A stretch of DNA of 64,000 bases from Scyliorhinus canicula (taxonomy: Eukaryota): contig NC_052160.1 in assembly GCF_902713615.1 (NCBI RefSeq), forward strand, positions 137,186,737-137,250,736, written 5' to 3'. Under the pieces are notes generated by a model. The model made no database searches. It was given only the letters and a program-made list of their open reading frames with translations, and was not told the DNA's origin. Positions 35,849-48,288 of this stretch are shown here, piece after piece. Position 1 is the first letter of the stretch. Every line of letters starts with the position of its first letter. The translations under genes and the position numbers were made by a program.

Positions 35849-36329
35849 ATGATCTTGGGATTTTGTTCGGTCCAACTGAGAAGGGGAATAGAGGTCGGTG
35901 ATTTAACATCCCATTCCAAAGACGGCATCGTCAAAGGTGCACTGGACTTTCAGCCTCAATGATCTACTCTTAGTTTGTGGGATGAGACTTGAAGCCAAAG
36001 CATTCTGACTCACAAGTGATTTTACCATTGATGCCACAATGTTATTGTACTGATAACAGTTCTATTTTCGGCAGTGCTGTAGGGACGGTGGCGAATGATG
36101 TGGAACCTGAAGACAGAAATGCAAAGAGCTGATTCTGCATGTTTCATTGTAGCTCGCAGCCACCTGCCCAACCCTGGGAGAGTTGGGGAAAAATTAAGAG
36201 GAACAGACAAATAATACAAACGGCAGAAGAAAAAAGATCTGCATTTTTCTTAGCGCTTTTCATAACCACAGGGCATTTTACAGCTATCGAAAATGTTGTG
36301 GAATTTTGATGATGTAGGAAATTCCACAG

Positions 36330-36670
36330 CCAAATTGTGCACAGCAAGCTTCCAGCAACTGCAATGTAATAATGACCAAACCATCTATTTCAGTGATGCT
36401 GATTGAGTAACAAATATTAGCCTGGACATAAAGAATAACTCTACTGCTCTTCAAAATAGTGCCATGTGATCTTTTATTTCTATCTGACGGAGCAGAGTGG
36501 GCCTCAGTTTAATACTTCATATGGAAAAAAGGCATCTCCAACAGTGCAGCCCCTCCCTCAGTGCAACACAGGAGCATCAGCTTAGATTATATGGCAGAGT
36601 CTCTGTAACATCACTTCAAACCGCAGCCTTCTGATTCAGAGGGTAGAATGCTAACTGAGTCATAGCTGAC
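36330..36670 (-). mobile_element. Deu-domain SINE (SacSINE1-like), near full length
   Basis: tRNA-like head at the right end plus Deu-domain core (ggcactattttgaagagcag...). Confidence 0.75.
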
Positions 36671-37313
36671 ACCGAAGAGAAAGTTCAAAGGGAAAACACA
36701 TCATGAGGAAAGCAAGTGGTTTATTTAATCAAAAGGGCTACTTTTAAATTTGTGAGAATGGAAGTAAGATATTGAGGAATCCAGTAACCAGTGGATACAG
36801 GCAGCCACTAATTAAACATTTTGGATTTCAACCCATCTCAGCACGCTGTGCTTACTCCGAGAGAGAGAGAGAGTGCACCAAATCAAATTTAATCTTTCTG
36901 ATACCTTCAACCTCTGACTTCTCCACACACCGAAATACATGCCATACGTGCGAAGGTTCTGGTCAGAGCCCTTGGCCACAGAGGACAGGGTCCCTGATTT
37001 TGGCCACATGTCCTGATTTTACCAGGCTCGTTCCCGAACGATACCTGCAGACCTCCAGCCTTGACAGCGTAGCTCTGGGCAAAGTCATCCCATTTGCTTT
37101 TGCATTTCTTGTTTTCGGATTTGTTCCACTCGAACTCACTGAGTTCATCAAACCTCTGGTATTGTCTGTAAAATAAGACACTCAGGGTAATGCAGGTGCA
37201 AGCGTGTGACAATGCTGGAGGAGGAAGGGCGAGTAAAACATGGGCCCGCAATATCCTGCTTGCAGCGGGAAGCCACGGGGCGTCGAATTTGAAATAAAAA
37301 TGTGCACACATAT

Positions 37314-37569
37314 TGATGTACCATCGATTGCACGCGAGGCGAGTGATTTACCAAAGTCTGGCTTTAATTGACTAGAACACAGCTCTGCAATTGTCTACAG
37401 TGGAAAGGGACGATCGTCAGGCGTCTGAGCATTTATACCTCGTTAATAGAGGCGTGGTTAACTCAGCCTCTCGGCCAATCGGTTGAGAGGCACATGACCG
37501 ACCAGGGCCAATGGTAAGCCGACGTTCTGGCCCAATGGCAGATGAGTATGCAGATCATATCATCATACA
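37314..37569 (-). mobile_element. Solo-LTR-like element
   Basis: TGTATGATG...GGTACATCA termini, CCAAT boxes, TATAAA and ATTAAA in LTR order; no matching TSD found. Confidence 0.55.
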
Positions 37570-37756
37570 TACCTGCGCTCCAACGTTACGGGAATCTTCC
37601 GTGGCAGCCTCGGGCCTCCAGCGGCCAGGCCGACGCAGGCTCCAGCGTAAAGCAGGAGTACAGCCCTGCTCCCCTATAATGCAGCAGAGTTGGGAACGCC
37701 ATTGATGGCAGGCATGTTCAAAATAGATTTAGATAGAAAACAACAGGAAACAATTG

Positions 37757-38568
37757 TTTTTTGTGAAAAATGTTTTATTGAGGCATTTATATTTTAAATT
37801 TTAACACAATGGGCAGCAACACAACCCCACCCAGCCAACGTGGCTGTACATTACCGGCACACCAAAAGGATTCTCCACCGACCTGCCCCCATCCTGCCCA
37901 ACTCCCCCTGCTTCTCCCTTTTAAACACCCCACTGCAGACAGCTTAATTTTTCCCAAAGCAGTTGATAAACAGCTCCGGGCAAACCCTCCCACCAAGCCC
38001 CTCAAGGTGAACTTTATTTTCTCTAGACTGAGAAACCCTGCCAGGTCACTCACCCATACCCCCGACTTCGAGGGGTCCGAGTCCCTCCATTCGAACAAGA
38101 TCCGTCTCCGGGATACCGGGGAGGCAAAGGCCAAGACATCGGCTTCTCTCTGGACACCTCAGGACCCGGGACCACCCTCACTTTCAGAACCTCCGACATA
38201 ACGTTAGCAAACCCCTGCCAGAATCCCCCAAGCTTTGGACACCCCCCAGAACATGTGGACATAGTTCACGCCCCCCCCCCTCCCCCCTCTCCCCCCTCCC
38301 CTCCCCGCATAGCGCCCACATCAATCCTCCACCCCCTCAAAAAACCTGCTCATCAGGGCCACAGTCATATGTGCCCTGTGGATCACCTCAAACTGAATAA
38401 AGCTAAGCCTAGTGCACGACGAGGATGCATTAACTCTTCTCAGGGCATCCTCCCACAGCCCAGTCTCCAACTCCCTACCCAACACTTCCTCCCACTTATG
38501 CTTCACCTCCCCTTTCGGAGCTCCCTCCTAGTCCATCAGCTCCTTATAAATAACAGGCAACAATTTTA
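37757..38568 (-). mobile_element. L1-clade LINE 3' fragment
   Basis: KWEEVLG...LWEDALRRVNASSSCTRLSFIQFEVIHRAH and RRRILFEWRD...LSLEKIKFTLRG; 3'UTR with AATAAA. Confidence 0.85.
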
Positions 38569-39312
38569 GCAAGTGTGGACAAGATATGTGGACTTTCTTT
38601 TCACAGTATGTATTGCTCTTTCTTTAAAACATTGTTGTTGATTCTTTTAAAGCAATTTTTTAAATGTTCAAAGGTAATGATTTATAAGTGAAGATAGGTT
38701 TGATTATTTGTTTCAAATCTGTGAAACTATTTAAATCTGCACTATATTATATAATTTTACATCTGGCATACTTAAAAATGTTTGTATGTTTTAATGTAGA
38801 TTATGGCTTTTTGCTGTCACTGTCTTTGTAACATCTGAATTATTTTTAGTAGTGTTTATAGAATCACTGCAGTGCAGAAGAAAGCCGTTCGGCCCATAAA
38901 GTCCGCACTGACACCCAAGCCCCCGCCCCAGTCCCATAAACTGTTTGAAATGAGATAAACAAAGAGCTTTTGAGTTCAGATCCCAATGGTGCTGTACAGA
39001 AATGTCGAGGGAGGTGAAGGCTGGATCCAGGAGCTGGGAATAGGCAAATACACAGGATGGGATTTACCAGCCCCCCCACCCCCCCTCCCCCCCCCACCCC
39101 CCCCACACAGCTCCTTTTCCAGCGGCAGAGGCAGCTCACGATTGGCCGTCGCCGGGAACTTTAAGTGCCGCCAATATTTAAGGCGTTTTGAGTGGCTCAA
39201 CTGTCCTGCCTCCGGGAAATGTCAGGATTCCGAAGATTCCCACCGGAAGGAAGAGCCCGCAGTTGTCGCAGCTATTTTTTGTTATTTGAAAATAATATCG
39301 GTGGATCTAATT

Positions 39313-39490
39313 AGTAATAATAATAATCGCTCATTGTCACAAGTAGGTTTCAACGAAGTTACTGTGAAAAGCCCCTAGTCGCCACATTCCGGCGCCTGTT
39401 CAGGTCGGCTGGTACGGGAATTGAACCCACGCTGCTGGCATTGTTCTGCATTGCAAGCGAGCTATTTAGCCCACTGTGCTAAACCAGCCC
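39313..39490 (-). mobile_element. tRNA-SINE family C
   Basis: Homologue of 21644-21836. Confidence 0.75.
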
Positions 39491-39558
39491 TTTATTGTGA
39501 TGTTCTTTGTGATCCTGTTATCAAGATGGATGTTGTCGTGGTCATAAATACCACAGAT

Positions 39559-39875
39559 GGGCGGCACAGTAGCACAGTGGTTAGCACTGTTGCTTCACAG
39601 CTCTCGCATCCCAGGTTCAATTCCTGGCTTGGATCACTGTCTGTGCGGAGTCTGCGCATTCTCCCTGTGTCTGCGTGGGCTTCCTCCGGGTGCTCCGGTT
39701 TCCTCCCACAAGTCCCGAAAGACGTGCTGTTAGGTAATTTGGACACTCTGAATTCTCGCTCTGTGTACCCAAATAGGCGCTGGAATGTGGCAACTAGGGG
39801 CTTTTCACAGTAACTTCATTGCAGTGTTAATGTAAGCCTATTTGTGACAGTAAAGATTTGTATTATTATTATTAT
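39559..39875 (+). mobile_element. tRNA-SINE family B
   Basis: Homologue of 16148-16454; (ATT)n tail. Confidence 0.85.
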
Positions 39876-39879
39876 AAGA

Positions 39880-39975
39880 AGCTAAGTTCATTAACAAAGT
39901 TAACATAGCTCAACCACTTACTCCTATAGCTAAGTTCATTAACAAAGTTAACAAAGCTCAACCACTTACTCCTAT
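39880..39975. repeat. 48-bp tandem duplication
   Basis: agctaagttcattaacaaagttaaca(t/a)agctcaaccacttactcctat occurs twice, with one mismatch. Confidence 0.85.
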
Positions 39976-41443
39976 AGTAAACAATAATCTCATAATCTAC
40001 AATCTGCACTGTACTACTACTAGTCTCCACATTCTATCTATAACTGTACTCTACACTCTCTCACTGCTCTTCTCCAGCCTTCTCCCAGAAGCCTGAGTCA
40101 GTGCTTTATATAGTTCTGCATCTAGCTCCATCTAGTGGTTAATTATGATAGGACCCTTTGTGTCCTGAACATTTCACATAAGGTCACTCTAATGCCTAAT
40201 CAAGGCAGCCGTGGACAGGACTGAGGAGGTCCTGCAGGCTTGTACCATTTTGGTGAAGAAAGTGCCTGTGGAACTTGGATGGGTTAGGTGGTGCTGTTGG
40301 TTGATGATCAGAGGCTACATGCTCGAGGAAAGGCGAGCTCGACTCGATGGTCAGGCATTTTCACAGCAGTACGTGGAAAAACTCCGAAAAGGGGCAAATA
40401 AAAAGGTGCAGCAAAGAATCATGTTTTGTTAATTACAAAGGATGTCATAGCTCCTTTCTAAAACCGAGTGCAATCACACCGTGAGACAGATATAATTAAA
40501 AACATTTTGAGTGCCACAGCTGTGTGATTTATGTTGGGATGTCAACATTCATCCTCCTCGCGTATCATCTCAATAATGCACAAAAAATACGTGAAGGTGG
40601 CAGGTCTGAGAGGTCTGTTCCAAAAAGAAAATTATATCCTTAGCATTATTATTAGAGGAGTAGAATACAAAAGCAAGGAAATTATACTGAACCTTTATAA
40701 ATGATTGTTAAACCTCGAATGCTGTATTGTGTCCAAGCCTATACCACACGGACAAAATAATTGCAGAATATTGTTCTTTTTGTGCTGTTTCATTTGTTTG
40801 GTTTTGCATATTCTTATTACTGCATTTTATTCGTTTTTGAAAAAGTTATATAGCATGACATGTTTTGTACCACGAGAGCAAGTAAACTCAGTAAAATATG
40901 ATCAGTTTTAACACCAACGATACATACATTCAAAATGGCTCAGTTGAAATTTAAGACTTTTGCAAGCTGCCTTTTTTGAGAAAAGAACTTTAAAACAAAA
41001 GTGAATAAAGCATTTAAAACACTACAAAGAATTTGCATCGAATTACATAGAATGTGCAGCGCAACAATAGCTGTAGCAGCTCTCCTGTTTATAGTCCTTA
41101 CAAGTTTCCTTCCATTGTATCTGTCGGATCTCAACCTTACAGCATATCCCTTTATTCCCTTTTCTCTCACACTCACCCGGTTACGGTTTGTAAGCATCTA
41201 ACTTATTTGCTGCAATCAATTACTGTGATTGCAGTTTTCCAACTATTGCCTAAGGAATGAAATTTCTCTTTATTTCCCTGCTGGATTTATTAGTTCACTG
41301 GCAGTGGATTTGCTGCTGCCGCTGCTTTTCAATGGGATTTTCCATTGAAGCCACCCCACTCTACTGGGAAACCCACTACGGGGGTGAGCTGCCAGCGGGA
41401 ACAGAGGATCCCAACAGCCGGAGGATTCCGCACCACCTTTCCT

Positions 41444-42066
41444 GGGCTGGATTCTCCGCAGCTCCGTGCCAAAATCGCGTTTGCTGCGGGGGGCAGGGAA
41501 TCGACTTTTACGCGAGAATCGGGCCCGGCGCCGCTCCCACGATTCTCCAGTCCCCGGAGAATCGCTCGCCTGCGAACCACGACGTGCGGCTGGGGGGGGC
41601 CATTGCCAGAGGCCATCCCAGCGATACCCCGTACCCGACCGGCCAAGTTCCCGATGTGGTGGTTCTAACCACGTCTGGCCAGTCGGGACTCAGTCCGCAG
41701 CCACCCTAGTTGGTGGGGGCGGGGGGGATCAAGCAGCAGGGGGGGGGGGGGGGCCTTGTGGGCGGCTGGGGCAGCGATCGGACAGGTCAGATGAAGCGGC
41801 GCAGGGCAGATCGGTGGGACCTTGTTTCTTGGTCCTGGTCCGCAGTCCGAGTCCGCGAGGCCGCCGCCGGGCACATGAGCGGACTCAGAACTGGAAGTAC
41901 GGGGGCCCGTATCCGCAGCTAAAGATGCGTGAATCACTCTGGGTCCCTACTAACCCCCTGAAGGTAAGTGAATTTGTCTATATTTTTTTCAGGAAAGTCT
42001 GAAGTGAAACGCCAGCGTTTTTACGCCGGCATGGGGACAAAGCCCCATTTTCGGAGAATCCAGCCC
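41444..42066. mobile_element. Harbinger-type MITE
   Basis: Perfect TIR GGGCTGGATTCTCCG at both ends; flanks CCT/ATA do not match, so the TSD is not preserved. Confidence 0.8.
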
Positions 42067-42309
42067 ATAGTTTTTAAATTTGCATCCTCTCACAAGTGGA
42101 AGCCTTCATCTCCATCAATTCAGCAACCTGCTCTTGGACTCCACATTAGCCCACTGTGCAGTTTCATCAAATATTTCTCCAAAATCAAATAATATGACAT
42201 CTAATATATTAACCCTGTCTACATCTTCAAGGAATAGTCTTGGGCTAGGAATGATTCAGCATTTTGGGATCCATACTGACTATTTTAAATTATAATTTAT
42301 TTTTAAAAA

Positions 42310-42585
42310 TTAATTTACAGGATGTGGGCTTTGCTGGCTGGGCCAGCATTTATTGCCCATCCCTAATTGTCCTTGAGAAGGTGGTGGTGAGCTACCTTCT
42401 AGAACTGTTGCAGTGCCTGTGATATATGTACCCCCCACAGTGCTGTTAGGGAGGGAGTTCCAGGATTTCGACCCAGCAACAGTGAAGGGACGGCGAAATA
42501 TTTCAGCCACAATATTTACATGGCCAGTCACAGTTTCTGGTCAATGGTAGCCCCAGGATGCTGATAACGGGGGATTCAGCGTGGA
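42310..42585 (-). mobile_element. L2-clade LINE 3' tail
   Basis: ggatgtgggctttgctggctgggccagcatttattgcccatccctaattg tail motif. Confidence 0.75.
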
Positions 42586-42769
42586 TTTACAAGATGATAA
42601 AAGGTAGTGACAAAGTAGACGAGGAGCGGATGCTACCTCTTGTGGAACAATCTAGAATGAGAGGTCATAATTTCAGGATCAGGGGGAAGAAGATTTAAAA
42701 CAGAGGTGGTGGCAAATTGCTTCTCTTAAAAGGTCATGAATCTGTGGAATTCACTACATTGGAACATAG

Positions 42770-44780
42770 GCATTAGGAGCAGAAGTCGGCAATTCAGCCC
42801 TTCGAGCCTGCTCTGCCATTCAATCAGATCATGGCTGATCTCTTCCTGGTCTCAAATCCACCTGTTCCCCATGTCCTTTTAGCCCATTTTTAAAATCAGA
42901 AATATATCTATCTCCTTCTTGAAAACATTTCCAATTGCATTCCACTTAGATTTCATTGCACTATGCGAGAAGTAGTTCCTCCTCATCTCAGTTCTGAATC
43001 TACTACCTCTCAACCTATATCTGTGATCTCTTTTTCTAAATTGCCCTACAAGGGGGAACATTTGGTCTACGTTTATTTTATCAATCTCTCCTGTATCTTA
43101 TATACTTCAATCAGATCCCCTCTCATCCTTCTAAACTCTAGCAAGTATCAGCACAAACTGTTTAATCTCTCCTCACATCTCAATCCTTTCATCCCCTGAA
43201 TCAATCTGGTGAACCTCCTCTGAACTGCCTCCAATGCCAGCCCATCCTTCCTCAAATAAGGAAACCAAAACTGGACACAATACTCCAGTTGTGGTCACAC
43301 CAACACCCTGTATAATTGCAACAACGCTTCTCGACTTTTATAATCCAGTCCTTTTGCAATAAACACTAAAATTGCCTTTTTAATTACATACTGACTTTCT
43401 GCAATTCATGAACAAAGACACCCAGATCCCTCTGCCCAGACACATCTTGAATCTGCTTTTCATTTAGATAATAATTTGCCTTTCTATTTCTTCAGCCAAA
43501 ATGGATAACCTCTTACTTATCTACATTAAACTCCACCTACCAAACTTTGGCCCAATCTCCTGGCCTATATATATCCAGCTGTAAAACCTTTGGATGCGAT
43601 TCTCCCAAAACGTTTTTAAGTTAATCTGTGGCGGGTTTTTCAGGGAGTTTCCCGTCGGCTCTGCCGGCGAGTTCCCCACCACTATTCAATGACACTTAGT
43701 CACTTTTTTGGACCCTGGGGAGTTTCTCACCGGTTTAGCTCACACTTAGAATTTTTACTCATACTGGGGAGCTGAACTCAGAGGTCGGGCTACCATTTTG
43801 AAAGGGTGCCCCGATCCCTAAGTGAGCGTGTGGGTCACCCCCTCTCCACCCATGGGCAATATCACCCCCCATACACATGGACCCTACCCCACACCCCCCA
43901 AGTGAGGACACCCCGCTATGGGATGCCCTGGGTGTCCCCCCCCTCTAAGCCCCCCCACCCATCATCCACCCAACCTCCCAGAGGCCCCTACTTACCTCCC
44001 TTGCAGTCTTCCACCCTTCAACCCCCCACTCTCATGTCATGGCACTCCTCACCCCCTGGCCCTTGGCAGTGCCACCCTGGCATTCAGGCACTCTTGCATT
44101 GCCACCCTGGCACCCAGGCAGTGTTCCTTCTGGCATGGCAATGCCATCCAGACACCTTGGCAGTTCCAGAGTGGCAGTGCCAACGTGGCAACTGGTCAGT
44201 GCCAAGGTGCCCAGGTTCCAGGGGGATGGCCAGAGAGCCACCCTGCATTTACCCTGATCACCCTGGGGACTCCGGTGGCCCGGGGCAATCCCCCCCCCCC
44301 CCCCGTCCCGGGTGCCATACCGCCTGGTCCCCATCTGTGTGGACCAGCACTGATTGGCGCCTGGCTGCAGCCTCCCTGGGGTGGCCGAGGAATCAAGGGA
44401 GGCTGCTGGATCCCGCGCAGGTAGGCCGTAAGTAGGTTTACGACCTACGTCCGTGAGCGTAATTCGGTCCCACCCATGTGGGTTGGGGTTCTGACTCCGA
44501 CGTCACGGGAGACTTCGGGAGAATCCGGGAGGCATCGAGCCTGTCGGGAGGCTCGCTGGAGGCCATTCCCAGCATTCTCTGGCTGCGTTGCCCTCAAGCT
44601 TCTTCACAGCCAGCTTTCCCAGCTCTTTAGGTACTGTCCACAAATTTTGTTATCTTACACTCCGCCCCTGCTTTACATAGATTTTAAACAGTTGAAATCC
44701 GAGAACTGACCCCTGCGGAACCCCGCTCGTTACTGTTCACCAACCAAAGAAGGAGCCATTTATACCGACCCTCTGCTTTC
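42770..44780 (-). mobile_element. CR1-clade LINE 3' fragment interrupted by a MITE
   Basis: ORF 42879-43061 (MFPLVGQFRKRDHRYRLRGSRFRTEMRRNYF); CR1 tail at the left end. Confidence 0.8.
43592..44595. mobile_element. Harbinger-type MITE (long subfamily with ggcaccctggcagtgcc blocks)
   Basis: Left TIR GGATGCGATTCTCC; homologous to the elements at 25915-26800, 55985-56832 and 61540-62430. Confidence 0.7.
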
Positions 44781-45344
44781 CGTCAGAGTGCGGTGGATGT
44801 CGGGATATGGAGTAAATTTTAGGAGGAGATAGACAGATTTTTAATTAGTGATGGGTTGAAGGACAGGAAAGTGGAGTAGAGGCTGAGATCACCTATGATC
44901 GTAGTGAATGGCGGAGCAGGCTCGAGGGGCTGAATTATCTACTCTTGCTCCTAGTTCTTATGTTATGTTCTTATGTTATAATCCCATTGAATATCAAGGG
45001 TTGATGATTAACTTTTCTCATTGGAGATGGCCATTGCCTGGCACTAGTGTGGTGCAAATGTTAGTTGCCACTTGTCAATCCAAGCCTGGATATTGTCCAG
45101 GTCAAGCTGCATTTGAACATGGACTGCTTCATTATCTGAGGAGTCATGTATGGTGCTGAACATTGTGCAATCATCAACGCACATACCCAGTTCTGACCTA
45201 ATGATGTAAGGAAGGTCATTGATAAAGCAACAGAAGATGGTTGGGCCTAGGATACTACCCTGAGGAACTCCTGCAGTGGTGACCTGGACCTGAGACGATT
45301 AACCTCCCACAATCACAACTATCTTCCTTTGTGCCAGTGTCACA

Positions 45345-46610
45345 GATTCATAGACAGGCCCTTCGGCCCAGCTTGTCCATGCCGCCCAGTTTCTATCACT
45401 AAGGTAGTCCCACTTGCCTGCATTTGGCCCATATCCTTCTATACCCACCCTGCCCATGTAACTGTCTTTAACTGTATTTTAAAGGAAAAAATTGTATCCA
45501 CCTCTAACACTGCCTCTGGCAGCTCGTTCCAGATGTTCACCACCCTCTGTGGGAAGAAATGTTCCATCTGGTCTCTTTTGTATCTCTCTCCTCTCACCTT
45601 AAATCTATGCCCTCTAGTTCTAGACTCCTCTACCTTTGGAAAAAGATGTTGACTATCTACCTCATCTATGCCCCTCATTATTTTATAGACCTCTATAAGA
45701 TCACCCCCTAAGCCTACTACACTCCAGGGAAAAAAGATCCAGCCTCTCCTTACAACTCAGACCATCAAATCCTGGTAGCATCCTCGTAAGTTTCTTCTGC
45801 TCTCTTTCTAGTTTAACAATATCCTTCCTATAATAGGGTGACCAGAACTGAACACACTATTCCACATGTGATCTTACCAATGTCTTGTACAACTTCAACA
45901 AGGTGTCCCAACTCTTGTATTCAGTATTCTAACCAATAAAACCTAGAATGCAGAATGACTTCTTCACCACCCTGTCCACCTGTCACTCCATCTTCAAGGA
46001 GCTATGAACTTGTACCCCAAGATCTCTTTGTTCTGTAACTCTCCCCAATTCCCTCCCATTAACTGAGTAGATCTTGCACTGATTTGATCTACCAAAATGC
46101 ATCACCTCACATTTATCCAAATTAAACTCCATCTGCCATTCATCGGTCCACTGGCCAATTGGTCAAAATCCTATTGCAATCTTATATAACCTTCTTCACT
46201 ATCCACTATGCCACCAATCTTGGTGTCATCTGAAAACCATGCCTCCTACATTCTCATCCAAATCATTAATATATATAACAAATAACAGTGGACCCAACAC
46301 CGATCCCTGAGGCACACCGCTGGTCACAGGTCTCCAGTTTGAAAAACAACCCTCTACAACCACTCTTTATAACCACTTCAATCGCCAAGCCAATTTCGTA
46401 TCCAATTGACGACCTCACCCTGGATTCCATGAGACTGAATCTTTTGCAACAATCTACCGTGTGGTACCTTGTCAAAGGCCTTGCTAAAGTTCGCATAGAC
46501 AACGTCGGCCGCACTGCCCTCATCTACTTTCTTGGTTACCCCTTCAAAAAACTCAAATCAAATTCGTGAGACATGACTTTTCCCTAACAAAGCCATGCTG
46601 CCTTTCTAAT
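45345..46610 (-). mobile_element. CR1-clade LINE (RT region to tail)
   Basis: ORF 45439-45678 (MRGIDEVDSQHLFPKVEESRTRGHRFKVRG); KISDDTK-like motif near 46230. Confidence 0.85.
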
Positions 46611-46820
46611 TGCCCTGATGAGTAACATCACTGGAGAGGTTTCCCACGATTCCCATTGACTCCAGTTTCTTTCGGGGTCCTTGATATCATACTTAGTCAG
46701 TTGCTGCCTTGATGTCAAGGGCAGTCGCTCTCACCTGACTCTAGAGTTCAGCGCATTTTTCCACCCTCTACACAAGGCCGCACTGATGTCAGGAGCTGAG
46801 TGACCTCAGCTTCTGACCTC

Positions 46821-47453
46821 TATTATAGGCCAGGGTTTAGAGAATCCCAAAGTGTATCACGGAGTTCACCTGACCCACAACTTTTAATAGATTGTGGTAT
46901 GGGGAGCACACAGCCCACTCTACAGGTGTGGTACAGCAGAAATGGAAAAGTATTTTTTAAAGCAAAACTATGTTTATTCTATGAACTCAAGTTAACCTTT
47001 TTAAAACATACAGTGAACATCTTAGCAACCATTAATTCAAATACAACCCCAAAGAATACAACACTAAGTAATCCTTAATAACTTCCCAAACAACATCCAG
47101 AAAACAAAAGAAAAAGCTTTTAACAGAAGCACATTAGGTTTACATTCACTACTGAGAACATTTAGAATTCTGAATTCACCAAATGATCAAGAGATAGTCT
47201 TTTCATGGCAGAGAGATTAACAGTGCACCTCCTTGGTCTGGCTTCAGCTCCAACACTGAAAACAAAACTGAAACACACCCTGCAGCAAACAGCCTAAAAC
47301 AAAAGTAAAAAGCTGACAGACAGCCCAGCTCCACCCACTCTCTGACATCACTGCAGTAGTAAACACCCATTTCTTAAAGGTACTCTCACTACAGATATTT
47401 ATATACACACCCATTTATAAACACCCAGTTCTTAGAGGTACTCTCACATGACA
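46821..47453 (-). mobile_element. Solo LTR family L1x (copy 2), 4-bp TSD CCTC
   Basis: CCTC at 46817-46820 and 47454-47457; minus-strand termini TGTCATG...TAATA. Confidence 0.9.
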
Positions 47454-47872
47454 CCTCATTACAGATGTTCTTCTGTCGCTATCTTGGAGCTCGAATAGAT
47501 GACTTCCTGACTAGGAGACAGAAGTTTGATGCTCAGGAATGTGGACCCCTTAGCACTGTTATACGATGGTCTGGTTCGGGTATTTGGGGAAATAGGCACT
47601 GAGTTGGGTGTCACAAGGCTTGATCTTGGCAACACCACTTTTTCTCATTTGTACAAATGACCTTGACTCAGACACTCAAGGTAGATTGATTACATTTGTT
47701 GATGATACCGAACTGGGAGGATCAGTGGAAAGGAAGGGAATAACTCTCAAGTTATAGCAAGAGTTGCACAGAATCAGTACTTGGGTGGATCTTGGCAAAA
47801 GAAATTCAATGCAAGTGAACTAGAAAGCAAGATGGAATACTAAGAAACACTTGCACGGCAAGAATGGTTTTC

Positions 47873-48169
47873 TTAACGAGTAACATTAGCATACACTGCC
47901 ATTTCAGAATCTTGAGGCGTATTGAGTGATGAAGTTTTTCTGTTGTGTTCTGGGGGCTGGTTATGGAAATTGATGCCACTGTAGGTGACTCTGTCCCTGT
48001 TAATAACTGAGTGCCTCTCCACCTCACCGCTCTGGGCTGGAGATACCTTTTGAAACTGCAGTACTGCATATGCAATTCCATTTTTGTCATTTTCGATCTG
48101 GTCATTTCCTTTGCTCTGTGTTCCTGGCAAGCTACTTCCAGCGGTGCTCTCTTCTGCTGCTACCAGTTG
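47873..48169 (-). CDS. Gene B terminal exon: cytoplasmic tail with three ITIM/ITIM-like motifs
   Basis: Acceptor tttttttttatatattgtag|, phase 0; QLVAAEES...GIAYAVLQF...RVTYSGINF...MAVYANVTR-stop. Confidence 0.85.
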   Translation of the reverse strand, partial: QLVAAEESTAGSSLPGTQSKGNDQIENDKNGIAYAVLQFQKVSPAQSGEVERHSVINRDRVTYSGINFHNQPPEHNRKTSSLNTPQDSEMAVYANVTR

Positions 48170-48288
48170 CTACAATATATAAAAAAAAACACATGATCCA
48201 ATTAATTTCTGAATAACGTGAGCAGTGATTTGTGCCGATATAGGGAGAAATGTATTTCTTGATTATTATGTCAGTTTGTAAAGTATTG

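Noticed and set aside
40211-40432. 73-aa ORF in apparently unique sequence (also 34277-34486 and 310-549)
   Set aside because: No recognisable motif, non-ATG or weak starts, and no supporting splice structure; cannot be supported without a search.
43806-44435. Long Pro/Gly-rich ORFs (also 3253-3684, 14522-14968, 31930-32834, 41257-42002, 52616-53424, 55643-56534)
   Set aside because: All lie in GC-rich Harbinger elements or MITEs, occur in several overlapping frames and show no domain signature.
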